In this document: positions 20,476 through 30,886 of the stretch, piece by piece | How positions within the stretch are numbered: the stretch's first letter is position 1 | How the letters are laid out: each line of letters starts with the position of its first letter | Assembly (NCBI GenBank): GCA_963726195.1 | Contig: CAVSBO010000003.1 | Coordinates: 576,001 to 640,000 of the forward strand | DNA: 64,000 nucleotides | DNA from: Candidatus Thorarchaeota archaeon | Lineage (GTDB): Archaea; Asgardarchaeota; Thorarchaeia; Thorarchaeales; Thorarchaeaceae | Direction of reading: 5' to 3' | Notes under the pieces: generated by a model | The model's input: only the letters and a program-made list of their open reading frames with translations | The model's database searches: none | Told to the model about the DNA's origin: nothing | Position numbers and translations under genes: made by a program

Positions 20476-21102
20476 ATGTCCGACACCGAGCATACAACGA
20501 CACCCATCTGGGTAGCGCCCACGCCCCCGAATGTCGCAGGAAGCTCTCTCATAAACTTGGCCAACCTGCTTCTAAGAGAGACAAACAACCGGGTCACAAC
20601 GCTCCGACAATGCGATGGCCCGAATCCGGAGCTCTTCATCGTTTCAAGAGTAGATTGGAAGGATTCCGACCCAGAGAAGCCCATGCTGCCTCAGTTGCCA
20701 AAGATTCTTTCTCTGCTTGAGACTTTGCGTGAGACGAAAGGCGTGCCTCACGAGATATTCTTGGATAGTAATGATGGTGTCGCAGTCTACTTGCCAACTG
20801 GATCAAGGGTTTCTGACCTGCCGCGGAACCCAAAAGAAGCCCTTCGGGTTCTCATGGCTCTCGTCCATGACACCGTCGCGAATATGCTCTCAACAATGCA
20901 AGATGTAGAAAACTGCTTCTGGATTGCCGCTCGCAGAAAGGGGTTCAGCCCTGAGATAGTCCAGAGAATGGCACTGAAGGAGCAACACTACGACTCGCCT
21001 GCGCTGGTTAGGGAGTTTCATAGAATATTGAGGAAGTACTTCTCGATTCGTTTTCACATTCAGAGGAGCGAGTCATGCCTGTACGTTGAGGAGGAAGACT
21101 GA
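20476..21102 (+). CDS. Hypothetical protein
   Basis: 208 aa ORF coupled to neighbours (TGATG overlap with the helicase). Confidence 0.7.
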   Translation: MSDTEHTTTPIWVAPTPPNVAGSSLINLANLLLRETNNRVTTLRQCDGPNPELFIVSRVDWKDSDPEKPMLPQLPKILSLLETLRETKGVPHEIFLDSNDGVAVYLPTGSRVSDLPRNPKEALRVLMALVHDTVANMLSTMQDVENCFWIAARRKGFSPEIVQRMALKEQHYDSPALVREFHRILRKYFSIRFHIQRSESCLYVEEED

Positions 21103-23058
21103 TGGCAACTGTGAACGGTCCTCTCCGATACTTTCCATATACGCCCAGGCCGTACCAGGACCGGGCCGTTGCATTCGCCGCTCAAGTATTCTCATCCAAA
21201 TCGGTGGGACTTCTCTCTGCAGATTGTGGAGTGGGAAAGACCATCGCATCTCTTTCAGGCTACCTCGCTGCGCGTGCAGACGATGGCGAATCAAGGTTGA
21301 TTGTTCTCACCCGGACACACTCACAAGCTCGCGTATTCGAGAATGAACTAGTGACACTAAGACGCCTTCTTCCTTCTCTGACTGCCACGACAATCCAGTC
21401 GAGGGTCCATACCTGTCCAATAAAGGAGCAGGTTGGGTCAGTGTCTCTCACGGGGTTCATGAGAGCATGTGCGAATCTGATCAGGACAGGCAATTGTACT
21501 CATTACTGGGCCTTCTACAGGAAAGGGGATGGTAGAACTCAGATAAGGGACGGGGTTCAGCACGAAGTAGACGACCTGCTCGACTCCGGTGTTGTCACCC
21601 GGGACATTGTCGATGATCGTGCACGTGACATGGCTGTTTGCCCATATGAACTGATGAAACATTGTGCTAGGGAGAGCCGCATCGTGATAGGCCCCTATAG
21701 CTACCTGTTTCGCGCCCGTGTACGTGATGCGACTCTCAGTTCGCTGGCTACGAGCCTAGAGAAGCTCGACGTCATAGTCGATGAAGCTCACAATCTTCCA
21801 GGTCATATTCTGGAATCAGAAGCGGCCAAATTGAGTTGGGACGATCTCAAATGGCTGAAAGAGAACTCTGCTGAAATTGCCAAGGATTCTAGCGTGAAGT
21901 GGTTGGCCCAAGCCACGAACTTCCTCTGGGAGACAGTGACGATTGCCCTTGACGGATTGAATTCACGCAATGAGAAGGTACTTGACAAATGGGACGTGGC
22001 TCCAAGGTTCGTGGACGAGAACGGCTTGCGGCTTGTGAGTGCGGCTGACACGCTACTTGGAGACCCGGATGCTCTGTCGACCGTTGAGACTCCCTTCGAC
22101 AGACTGATTGAGTTTCTACTCGCAGCATTACGGGCGGCGAAGAGCGACGACTGGCACATATCAGTCGAAACTCGAAAATCGTTTCAGGAAGAACAGAGCC
22201 ATCCGGCTTGCGAACTCGTGATCAGGCCGCTGAACTCTGCCGGTCTTGCCGCGCCCGTGTTGAGGGGTGCGCGTTCTGCCCTTCTAATATCCGGCACTCT
22301 GAGACCTCTCGAGTACTATGCGAGACAGCTAGGTATAGCCAAACCACTCTCAGAGGACCTAGCGAGTCCCTATCGACGTGGGACAAGACTCATACTGGTT
22401 GACAAGAGTGTGACTACCAAATATGAAGCTTAGAAACGATGAACTCTGGCGTCGAATGGCTCAACGAATCCAAACCGCTCTCTTGTCACTGCCCGCAAAC
22501 AAGAGCGCTCTCATAGCCTTCCCGAGTTATGCGATTCTGCATGAAGTCCTCAGCTATGGGATAGACACAGGATATCGGGGGACGATTGTAGAGAGTCCGC
22601 GAGAGCGAATAGAGAACCTTGTGGAAGCAATCCTTGAAGGTCCAAAGGCCGTTTTTTGCGTCTATGGCGGGAAGTTCAGCGAGGGCGTGGATTTGGCTCG
22701 AGACGGTTCGAGCCTACTCGAAATGATAGTCGGTGTGGGGTTACCGTTTACGCCACCTAGTAGCTACTTGGAGGCACAGCGGAATTGGCTCGACGCAAGA
22801 TTCGGTGAGGGCACGGGGTACTTCTATGGCTCAGTCATTCCGTCCGTAAGGCAGGTTCTGCAGCTGATTGGCCGATTGAGAAGATCGCCGGAGGATTCAG
22901 GCGTAGTAATCCTACTTGACAATCGTTTCCTAAGGTACACATCTGTCTTGGGCGAGGACATGGTATCTGACATCTGGCCATTTGCAGACCTCGAAGAAAT
23001 GAGACTAGCTATTTCTGAGTTCCAGAGACAGAGGGAGGTATGCACGATTGCGTCTTGA
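21102..23058 (+). CDS. XPD/Rad3/DinG-family Fe-S DNA helicase (frameshift at ~22428)
   Basis: Q motif FPYTPRPYQ, motif I GVGKT, TRTHSQ, four Fe-S cysteines (HTCP, RACA, GNCT, VCPY), DEAH and SGTL. The second ORF has FPSY, GGKFSEGVDL, VGLPF, QLIGRLRR and LLDNRF. Confidence 0.9.
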
Positions 23059-23650
23059 TTCAGTTCGAAATGAGTGGGTCCTGCTGTCGGTGCTACTCTT
23101 GTTTTGGTCCTACAAGTCAGTCACAGAGACTGGCATTCCCATCTCGGAACTAGTGTGGCTTGCCGGTCTAACAATCACAGTGGCAATCATGGTGATTCTC
23201 AAAGGGACGAACCGGAAACCACTCGTTTTGTGGAACGACCCCGATGGAATCCTGATGCTGGTGAGACCTTGGAGAGTAGAAGCATGCGCCGCCAGACTGA
23301 TGACAAGCGTCCCGTTGGGAATAGACCTCACTCGTTCTGCCTGGCGGGTATTGCAGTCAATGCATCCCGCAATGTCGGATGGCAGGAGTCGTTCACTGAG
23401 ATTCTTTGTTTGCAGGCCTCTAGGACAAGGGCCTTCACGTGTTGGCATCATCGTGGCGCGATCAAGATTCAGAATCGGTAACAGTGGAAGAAGGAGCGCG
23501 GCACTTTCGGATAGTGTTCTGCAAGATGCGAGAATCCTTGAGGGTGCAATGAAGGCAGCTTATCCACATATGCCCATCGAGAAAGCCGGCTTGCCCGATA
23601 TCATGATGGTTGTCCAAGGAGGAGTCCAATCCGTTGCAGAGCTCGAGTAG
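23048..23650 (+). CDS. Hypothetical membrane protein (2 N-terminal TM helices)
   Basis: Hydrophobic WVLLSVLLLFWSY and LVWLAGLTITVAIMVIL; GGAGGT RBS; overlaps the helicase stop. Confidence 0.7.
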   Translation: MRLDSVRNEWVLLSVLLLFWSYKSVTETGIPISELVWLAGLTITVAIMVILKGTNRKPLVLWNDPDGILMLVRPWRVEACAARLMTSVPLGIDLTRSAWRVLQSMHPAMSDGRSRSLRFFVCRPLGQGPSRVGIIVARSRFRIGNSGRRSAALSDSVLQDARILEGAMKAAYPHMPIEKAGLPDIMMVVQGGVQSVAELE

Positions 23651-23942
23651 TCAGAGAACCGGGTTGACCCTGCCTCACAACGTGAAACCCGAGGCATTGA
23701 TGGATGCCCTCACAAAAGGTCATGGGTATCAATGGATTACCCTCGCAAGGCGGCCCGTCCTGTTAGTGTACGGTGAAGCGACTTCTCAAGAAATGCCCCA
23801 GCTTCTCTTTACGGGAAACACCACGCTCGTTGTTTCGAGTGCTGACCCAGCTTATGTGGAGCGTCTAAGAAGAATGCTGCAAGTACTCGAGCAGCAGGAA
23901 GAGAAGCAGTTCCTAGCACAGGAGGCCAAGAGCGGTGAGTAA
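23634..23942 (+). CDS. Small hypothetical protein
   Basis: TTG behind GGAGG; overlaps both neighbours. Confidence 0.6.
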   Translation: MQSSSSQRTGLTLPHNVKPEALMDALTKGHGYQWITLARRPVLLVYGEATSQEMPQLLFTGNTTLVVSSADPAYVERLRRMLQVLEQQEEKQFLAQEAKSGE

Positions 23943-26271
23943 AGGGTTAGTGGTGGGTCCCAAGCCCGAATATGACCCCTTTGGCGAAAGGACACAGTCT
24001 CCACAGGAGACATCTCCAACCGGAGAAATCAGGTGGGACAACAGAACTGCAGGCAGGTCCTTCAGACAATTAGGTGCAATGGGAATACTCATAGCTGTGC
24101 TTGGCACCGCATATCCTGAAGGTCTTCTCATTGGAACCGCGGCGATTCTCGCAGGCATCTTCTTACTATCTCGATTGAACGGACCTATGAAGATCGATGG
24201 CTGGATAACGTTGCAGCAGGGCGACGTTAGTCTTTCTTCGTCTGCTGGCAACCTTGAAGTCACCGATGTGAGGGGACGCAAGTATGCTGTCGGCATGACC
24301 TTGGACTCTGCTGGTGTCCACCTACTCGGAGACATGGGAGCACTCGTGCGGGCCGCGGACGACTCTAGCGGACTGTGTCTGTTGGTGAGTTTGAAGCCGA
24401 AAGATGGCAAAGCAATCCTGCAGGAAGACAAGATTAGCAGGTCCACTTGCAGGTTCTTGAATTCTCTTTCTGAAGAGGCGCTCAAGGGGTACTTCGATTC
24501 TCGTGGGGGTCTGTGGGCAGTCCATGCGACACTTATCGGATACGCAAGAGAACAAATCGGATTGCCTGTTCTTGAGTCCGCTTTGAAAGCGGCTGTGCCC
24601 GACCGCGGCTGGCAGACCATGAAGCCATTCGAATTACGTTCGCACATTGAAGAGGATGATGTCGTCGCCGACAATTCATCTTTCTATGGGACCGGGGAGG
24701 AGTTGTCCAAATGGCTGGTCCAGATGGCGACAGAACTATCGTCAGAAGTGGGCACAAACGTCCCGGCGGAATTCGTTGCGCCAATCAGAGAAAGAGAAGC
24801 AGACTACAAGCTAGGGTTCGTAATCAATCCTGAGACATTGCGGCTAGGTCCTCGAGTTGGGCTGTCCCACGGGGATCTCCTAGGCGGACTGATGGTTTGC
24901 GGGGGAACCCAGCCCGAAAGAGGGCTTGTATTGTCCCTTCTCACGGCGGAACTCCTGCAATCAGGCAAGAGAATCATCCTTGTGACCAATGACCGTGGCA
25001 CATTATCCTTGACAGGTCTGTGTGATGGCGCAGTCGGCCTTGAGCTTGGAAAGGACTTGGTGTTGAATCCTGCAGACCCAGAAGGAATGCAGAGAACAGA
25101 GTACGTGCCGCAGCTCATCGCGGCGCTCGAAGTGCTGTGTGGCACTGAGCTACGAACTGCAGTCGAGCTTGAGATTGCCGTCAACAGGGCGGCGAGTCTA
25201 GGAAACGGAACTGTGGCCGACATTGCGATGGCTGATTCCGCGGCAATGGGCACGACCACTGAGACTGATGCTTCGATTGGGACCACTGTGTCGAAGGCAT
25301 CACTGCTCGGCTTTGATGCTGTCCGCTCATTGCGTCAAGGCTCAGGGGCCAATGCATTCTATGGCACACAGACTGTATCGCTCCAGACGATGGCTCAAAC
25401 ACCCCTAGTTGTCATCGTGATGTCCCTGGAATCTTCGGCACTTCAGAGATTCGCTTGGGACCTGTTGTCAATAAAGGTCAGTGGAATGAAACCAGACTCC
25501 GATTTGGTTGTCATCCTTGATAACCCAGAGAACCTGCGAGTCAGGAATAGACCATTTGGAAATCGTGATGTTCGAAGCGAGAACATAATTCGCAAGCTGA
25601 TAATCAGAGGACCATTACTTGTTGCTTTGGACCATCCTGCTGACATGGCCGTCGGAGCCATCGGCAACCTTTCTTCATGTCTATCACTTCGACTCCGCGA
25701 TAGTGCAGACCTGAAAGTTGCTTCCGATCTTTTGGGTCTTGGAGTCATCGCCACGGGACTACACAGCAAGGCCAGACAATCATCCAGAGAGACATCCTTC
25801 CTGCGTGTCATGCCGCCGGACGTGGCGGTTCTGTCACGCGGCAGATCGGAGATTGGTATCCCAATTAGGTTGGACAAGACACCAACATCCCTCGGAACAC
25901 CTCCTCCACAGGAATTGTCGCGCAGGATATCTCGGTTTTCGCCGAGCTCCAAGGACAAAGAGACTCAGGCCAAGACTCTGCTTGAACAAGTCGCAGGCGG
26001 AGACACGGAGTTGGCCCGGAGTGTCCTCCGTTTGTTGATGAGGTACGAGCCTCTCACTGAGGAGGCCGTTCGGAAATTCATTAGGTCGGACAAGCGTCAT
26101 GAGAATGCGGACGTCGAGGGAATCTTGGCCCGCTTGGAAAGGGCGAACATGATTCTTCGTGGGCACGAAGTGCACGGCGGTGTATCTTACACTAACTTCC
26201 GTGTTACGATGAAAGGAACAATGGCAATGCGGCAAGAAGTCCCAGAAGGTGGTCGCGATGTTGGTCACTGA
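23935..26271 (+). CDS. Membrane-anchored HerA/VirB4/CedB-like (DUF87) ATPase homolog with degenerate Walker motifs and C-terminal wH domain
   Basis: Two N-terminal TMs. VGLSHGDLLGGLMVCGGTQPERG at the Walker A position, ELGKDLVLNPADP, VVILDNPENL at the Walker B position, and ALDHPADMAVGAIGNLSSCLSLRLRDSADL. Confidence 0.65.
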   Translation: MSKGLVVGPKPEYDPFGERTQSPQETSPTGEIRWDNRTAGRSFRQLGAMGILIAVLGTAYPEGLLIGTAAILAGIFLLSRLNGPMKIDGWITLQQGDVSLSSSAGNLEVTDVRGRKYAVGMTLDSAGVHLLGDMGALVRAADDSSGLCLLVSLKPKDGKAILQEDKISRSTCRFLNSLSEEALKGYFDSRGGLWAVHATLIGYAREQIGLPVLESALKAAVPDRGWQTMKPFELRSHIEEDDVVADNSSFYGTGEELSKWLVQMATELSSEVGTNVPAEFVAPIREREADYKLGFVINPETLRLGPRVGLSHGDLLGGLMVCGGTQPERGLVLSLLTAELLQSGKRIILVTNDRGTLSLTGLCDGAVGLELGKDLVLNPADPEGMQRTEYVPQLIAALEVLCGTELRTAVELEIAVNRAASLGNGTVADIAMADSAAMGTTTETDASIGTTVSKASLLGFDAVRSLRQGSGANAFYGTQTVSLQTMAQTPLVVIVMSLESSALQRFAWDLLSIKVSGMKPDSDLVVILDNPENLRVRNRPFGNRDVRSENIIRKLIIRGPLLVALDHPADMAVGAIGNLSSCLSLRLRDSADLKVASDLLGLGVIATGLHSKARQSSRETSFLRVMPPDVAVLSRGRSEIGIPIRLDKTPTSLGTPPPQELSRRISRFSPSSKDKETQAKTLLEQVAGGDTELARSVLRLLMRYEPLTEEAVRKFIRSDKRHENADVEGILARLERANMILRGHEVHGGVSYTNFRVTMKGTMAMRQEVPEGGRDVGH

Positions 26272-28463
26272 GACTGACATACCAAGCTACGTTCAGAAAG
26301 TGCTTGGTGGCATCGGCCTAGCACCGCGGGGCGTCCAAAAGGCGGCCATTGACAACGGGTTGCTCGAAGGAAAGAGCATCATGGTATGCAGTCCGACTGG
26401 TTCAGGCAAGACTCTCGTTGGCGAAATGGGTGTTCTTCGAGCTGTGGTTTCTGGTCGAAAGGGGCTGTATATGGTACCACTTCGGGCTCTTGCGCTTCAG
26501 GTCGCATCGATATTCAGAGAGAGGTACGGAAGAATCGGCATCAGAGTCGGAATGAGCACTGGAGACTATCAGACCGACGGATCGGAGTTGGCAGAATGTG
26601 ACGTTGTTGTTACAACATATGAAAGAGCCGACTCTCTCCTGAGGCATCAAGCGTCTTGGATAACCGAGATAGGCACGATCGTGATTGACGAGGTTCAGAG
26701 TATTTCAGAACCAAGAAGAGGAGCCCGCCTCGAGAGCACGATTATTCGATTCAACCGGCTTGTCGACGACCTACAAATCATAGCTCTCTCGGCTACGATA
26801 GCAGCTCCCGATGAACTGGCAGAATGGCTTCGATGCGATCTTATCGAGAGTGACGAGAGGCCCGTTCCGCTCCACTGCAAAGTCCTATGCTGCAATAGCA
26901 AACAGGGAATGGTCAAGGACCTAGTTATGACTACTGTGCAAGGGAACGGACAAGCAATCGTTTTCCATCGAACCCGAAGAGAAGCTGAAGTTGAGGCGTT
27001 CCGTCTAGCGTCAGATGTAGGCCGTCAGACTCACAATAGCAGAGAGGAACCGCCTCGACACCGAGCTGGAGTCTCTCGAGAACTGGGCAGTCAGAGTACC
27101 GTCGGAATTGAAGACTGTGATGCACGATGGTACCGGCTTCCACCATGCGGGTCTCAACGCTAGAGTCCGTGATGTTGTTGAACGGCTGTTTCGCACCGGG
27201 CTCATTAGGGTGGTTTGTGCCACAACAACTCTCGCCGCCGGCATGGACCTGCCAGCTCGCACAGTCATAGTCACATCAGTGATTTCGCCTGAGAACAACG
27301 GAGAACTCCTAAACGCCAATAGGGTGCACCAGATGCTCGGCAGAGCAGGACGCCCGAGCCATGACAAGATTGGAGTCGGCATCATACTTGCAGGAAGCGA
27401 GGGCGAAGCTGACGAGCTTGAAGTGAGGTACTTTGAAGACAGAACTGGAGAAGCTGCCGAAGAAGTTCTAATCCCGAAGTATGACAGAGCCAGAAGTGTC
27501 CTAGGTTCTCCGAGTTCGACCACTGAGCAGCTTTTGGTTGCCCTCGATGCAATGGGAGAAGCGTCACTGCAGGAAGTCGAGGACGGAATAATGAGCCAGT
27601 CATTCTTGACGTATTGCGGTATTAGGGACACCCATTCTCCCGCGCGCCTGATCAATCTCGGGGAAATTACGGCTCAGGCCGCAATTGAACACCATGCTCT
27701 GCCCGATTCGCTTCGTGCAGCCAGACAGAAGCTGCTGGGTGCTGTGACTTTCAGAGAGAAGGACGAGACCGCCATAGGTGCCATAGTCACGGACTGGGAC
27801 CGCACTCAATACACATGTCGGTATTCCACTCGGCTATCAAGCAGTGGACTTGTGGATGGCCCACAATGCTCCTGCGGCCGGCCCATTGACCCCCAAGGCA
27901 TACTCTGTACGCACCTGCTTGTGTTGGGTCTGTCAGCGGCCGCGGAGCTGGGTAGCTTGGCAGACTATGTCATTCCCTTGTCTCTCAGCGAATCAAGTCC
28001 ACTTGGTGTCTTGACCAAGCTCGGACTAGTGGAGGGCGCGGAAGAGGGAAAGCTTAGGCCAACTAAGCTTGGGCGTTTGGTCAACCGGTTGTATCTAGGT
28101 CTGCCAACAGCCAGGGAAATGATTGCCCTTCTGCCTACAGTGGAGGACAGTACTTCCCTGCTCTGGCTCGTCAGGCACTTGGTTTCACTGGAAACGGGCA
28201 TGGCGCTAACCGAGCAATTCGAACAGCTAATCGCTGCATTAGCGTCTACTGACACAACAATCGCGGATTTGGCAAGGATTGCGGAACTTCACGAAGGAGA
28301 CGTATACGGTCTCATAGAGACAGTGCGATGGTTGCTGCATTCCATTGACGCCGTTGCGGCCCTCGGTGGATTGTCGAATGTCTGCGGAATGACAACCCGG
28401 TTGTCAGATGCTATCGAATCTAGAATGAAAAAGGGTGAATCCAATGACAACAACGGAAGCTGA
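26258..28463 (+). CDS. Ski2-like (Hel308/HELQ-type) DNA helicase with inserted SWIM zinc finger (frameshift at ~27029)
   Basis: SPTGSGKT, PLRALA, TTYERADSLLR, IDEVQ, LSAT, RPVPL, FHHAGL, ATTTLAAGMDLPA and QMLGRAGRP; SWIM CSC-x11-CTH; PTKLGRLVNRLYL. Confidence 0.88.
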
Positions 28464-30219
28464 CACACCAATGGATATTCCCGAGAAGACCAAGCAATCT
28501 CCTGGAACAGCCAATCAAACGGCAGCGCAGGAAGAGACCAGACGAGAAGCCAGTGACATCACTGCCATCCTAAAGAGCTCGGGTCACAGGGTTCATGTCT
28601 ACTCAAATGGGATCATACTAGGAGTCCGACTAGAGGCAATTCCCGGGACCCACAGCGTGCATGTTGACATCGCGCACGTGGTTGACCTGCGTTCAGGGAA
28701 AGTCTGGAAGACCACTACCGCTATGATGGCTGCGGTATTGGGACTTGTTAACAAATCGCTCCAAAGCATTCTCGAGGACATCGGTCTTGAGGAATCGCTG
28801 AAAGAGAAGCTATTGACTATGCCTTGGGGTCGAATTCGCCTGTCCACGCTTTTGGCACAATCAGGGAAGACCTCCTCGATAGCAATTGAGACGAGATGGG
28901 CGTATGTTATCTACAACGAAGTCCGACCCAAAGCAGACCTTTCCTGGCTGACAGATACAAAGAGAGTACTGAGTATCACCGACTTTGCTCTTTCGCGCCA
29001 GAGCGACATAAGGGCGTCAGCTGCGAAGCTGAGAACCATAATAGCCACTAACAAGACCAGCATGATTCGGGGTGCTGTGGGAAACGGGTGGTATGGCGTG
29101 CTAGCCCTTGTCGCCTCATTGGGTGGACTGATGACTGCCTCAGCGGTCGGCCTAACGCATCCAACCGGAATGGCCATTCCGCTCGTCTTTGCAGGAGTGG
29201 CGGGAGCCGTTGCCATCGACCTTCTATTCACATCAAGAAAGAGGTTCAAAAAACTCGTAAGCGTATTGAAGACCGAGAACCTACGTGCGTCTGAAGTGGG
29301 AGACTCTGTCAGAGCCAAGGAATCGGCTGCAAAGAACCGAGATCTGCTAGAGCTATTGGAAGACCTCACTTTCGTGGTTTCTCCCCTGATGGTGATGGCG
29401 GCTGAAGCACTGCAAGCAGGAGAAGTTGACCGCGCTGTTTCGTCAGCCTCTTGCGTTCTGGATGAGTGTGTACGGCTCGCGCCTTACTCTGGAGACAACG
29501 TGGAACCTATCCTTGGGAGAACAGACGAAGGCCTGAGGAGGTTTCTCGGATTCATGAAACGTCTCGGGGCCACATCAGAAGAAGAGACCTTGGCGGTTGC
29601 CTACGTGGGACTCACGGGACATCTATCGAGTCCGATTGGATTCAGTGAGGTTGTCGCCCACATGACATCACTGACCAATGCGCTCTATGATGTTGGAGTG
29701 CTCAGCCAAGAAGCAAAGGACAAACTCGACAACGTCATGAACACGTGGGCCATGAAGAAGTACGCTGGTGAACTTGAAAATAGCCTTCGAGAACCAGATG
29801 AACCCGAGCCGGTTCCATCTTCGACGCGGGCAGAAGTAGGGACTCAACCAGAACTCACCCACCCTGTGGCGCGCAAGAGGCAAACCGACAGACAAGGTGA
29901 TGTCAAACAGACGTTTGGGCTCATCCGTGATTCTACAACCACTCCTGAAGACTCGCCGCCCATAGAGAAAGTGAAAACACCTGTTGTGTTGCCGATGCAG
30001 GAGTCGCTTGACAGAGCGGATCCTATGAAGTCTACCGGCCGCGACGACCGAGGTCCATCTGAGAAGGGAGGCGAAGTTGTCAAGGTTACGATTCGCAAGA
30101 GAGACAACAGGATTACTCAACTGCAGAGTCAGAAGCCTCTCGCAGAGGCTGTGGTCGGACAGCCTGCCAGCGGACATGCCGCGAAAGGAGAAGAAAGCAA
30201 TGAGGACCCAGACGTGTAG
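28444..30219 (+). CDS. Hypothetical membrane protein (central TM hairpin, disordered C-terminal tail)
   Basis: Hydrophobic WYGVLALVASLGGLM...MAIPLVFAGVAGAVAIDLLF; P/E/K-rich C-terminus; overlaps both neighbours. Confidence 0.7.
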   Translation: MTTTEADTPMDIPEKTKQSPGTANQTAAQEETRREASDITAILKSSGHRVHVYSNGIILGVRLEAIPGTHSVHVDIAHVVDLRSGKVWKTTTAMMAAVLGLVNKSLQSILEDIGLEESLKEKLLTMPWGRIRLSTLLAQSGKTSSIAIETRWAYVIYNEVRPKADLSWLTDTKRVLSITDFALSRQSDIRASAAKLRTIIATNKTSMIRGAVGNGWYGVLALVASLGGLMTASAVGLTHPTGMAIPLVFAGVAGAVAIDLLFTSRKRFKKLVSVLKTENLRASEVGDSVRAKESAAKNRDLLELLEDLTFVVSPLMVMAAEALQAGEVDRAVSSASCVLDECVRLAPYSGDNVEPILGRTDEGLRRFLGFMKRLGATSEEETLAVAYVGLTGHLSSPIGFSEVVAHMTSLTNALYDVGVLSQEAKDKLDNVMNTWAMKKYAGELENSLREPDEPEPVPSSTRAEVGTQPELTHPVARKRQTDRQGDVKQTFGLIRDSTTTPEDSPPIEKVKTPVVLPMQESLDRADPMKSTGRDDRGPSEKGGEVVKVTIRKRDNRITQLQSQKPLAEAVVGQPASGHAAKGEESNEDPDV

Positions 30220-30883
30220 TCATTCCTTTCCGACCTTATTGAAAATCACAGGGCTGGTCCATGTTTGGGGTCCTGCAGGTGCTGGCAAGAGCCTGCTCGC
30301 CATCGCAATTGCGGCCGAGGCATCTCTCGACTCTCGTGTCGAGTGGATCAGCACAGATGGCAAATCATCTTTCATATCTCATCTGAAAAGAAACGTGCAA
30401 CACCGTGGGAGTGCTGCCAATGTTTTCGTCACAATGACGCACAACCACAATGAGGTGCGGCAGACCATTCTCGACCTTGTCACCTCTCTTGAAGGCATGA
30501 GTGCGTTGATTGTGGTCGACCCCTTGACACGTGTCGTGGACATGGCACGTTCCGAGCCTGTAATGTGGGGCCAAGAACTCATCGAAGAAGCCTTGCCAAC
30601 TCTAGCAGCCCTCGCAGCTGGCGGATCAATTGTGCTTGTTACGAGCGAGTGCAGGTCACTTGAGGAAGGAGAGAAGACGCCTGTTCATCACAAGACCATC
30701 AGACGCTGGGCGGACAACGAAATCCTCGTGCAGAGGGAAAAGGCCAGCATGTACTCGACAATCACCAGCATTGATCCGAAGTCTGGTGCACAGAAAGAAG
30801 TCGGCCGACTAAGACTCCTGGAAACAGGATTGATTGAGATTAGTATCTGTCAGCCCGGGTCAGAAACAAGGAGGAGCACTTAG
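30200..30883 (+). CDS. RadB-like RecA-fold ATPase (Rad51 paralog without N-terminal domain)
   Basis: VHVWGPAGAGKS Walker A, WISTD, LIVVD Walker B, VLVTSECR. Confidence 0.75.
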   Translation: MRTQTCSHSFPTLLKITGLVHVWGPAGAGKSLLAIAIAAEASLDSRVEWISTDGKSSFISHLKRNVQHRGSAANVFVTMTHNHNEVRQTILDLVTSLEGMSALIVVDPLTRVVDMARSEPVMWGQELIEEALPTLAALAAGGSIVLVTSECRSLEEGEKTPVHHKTIRRWADNEILVQREKASMYSTITSIDPKSGAQKEVGRLRLLETGLIEISICQPGSETRRST

Positions 30884-30886
30884 GAC

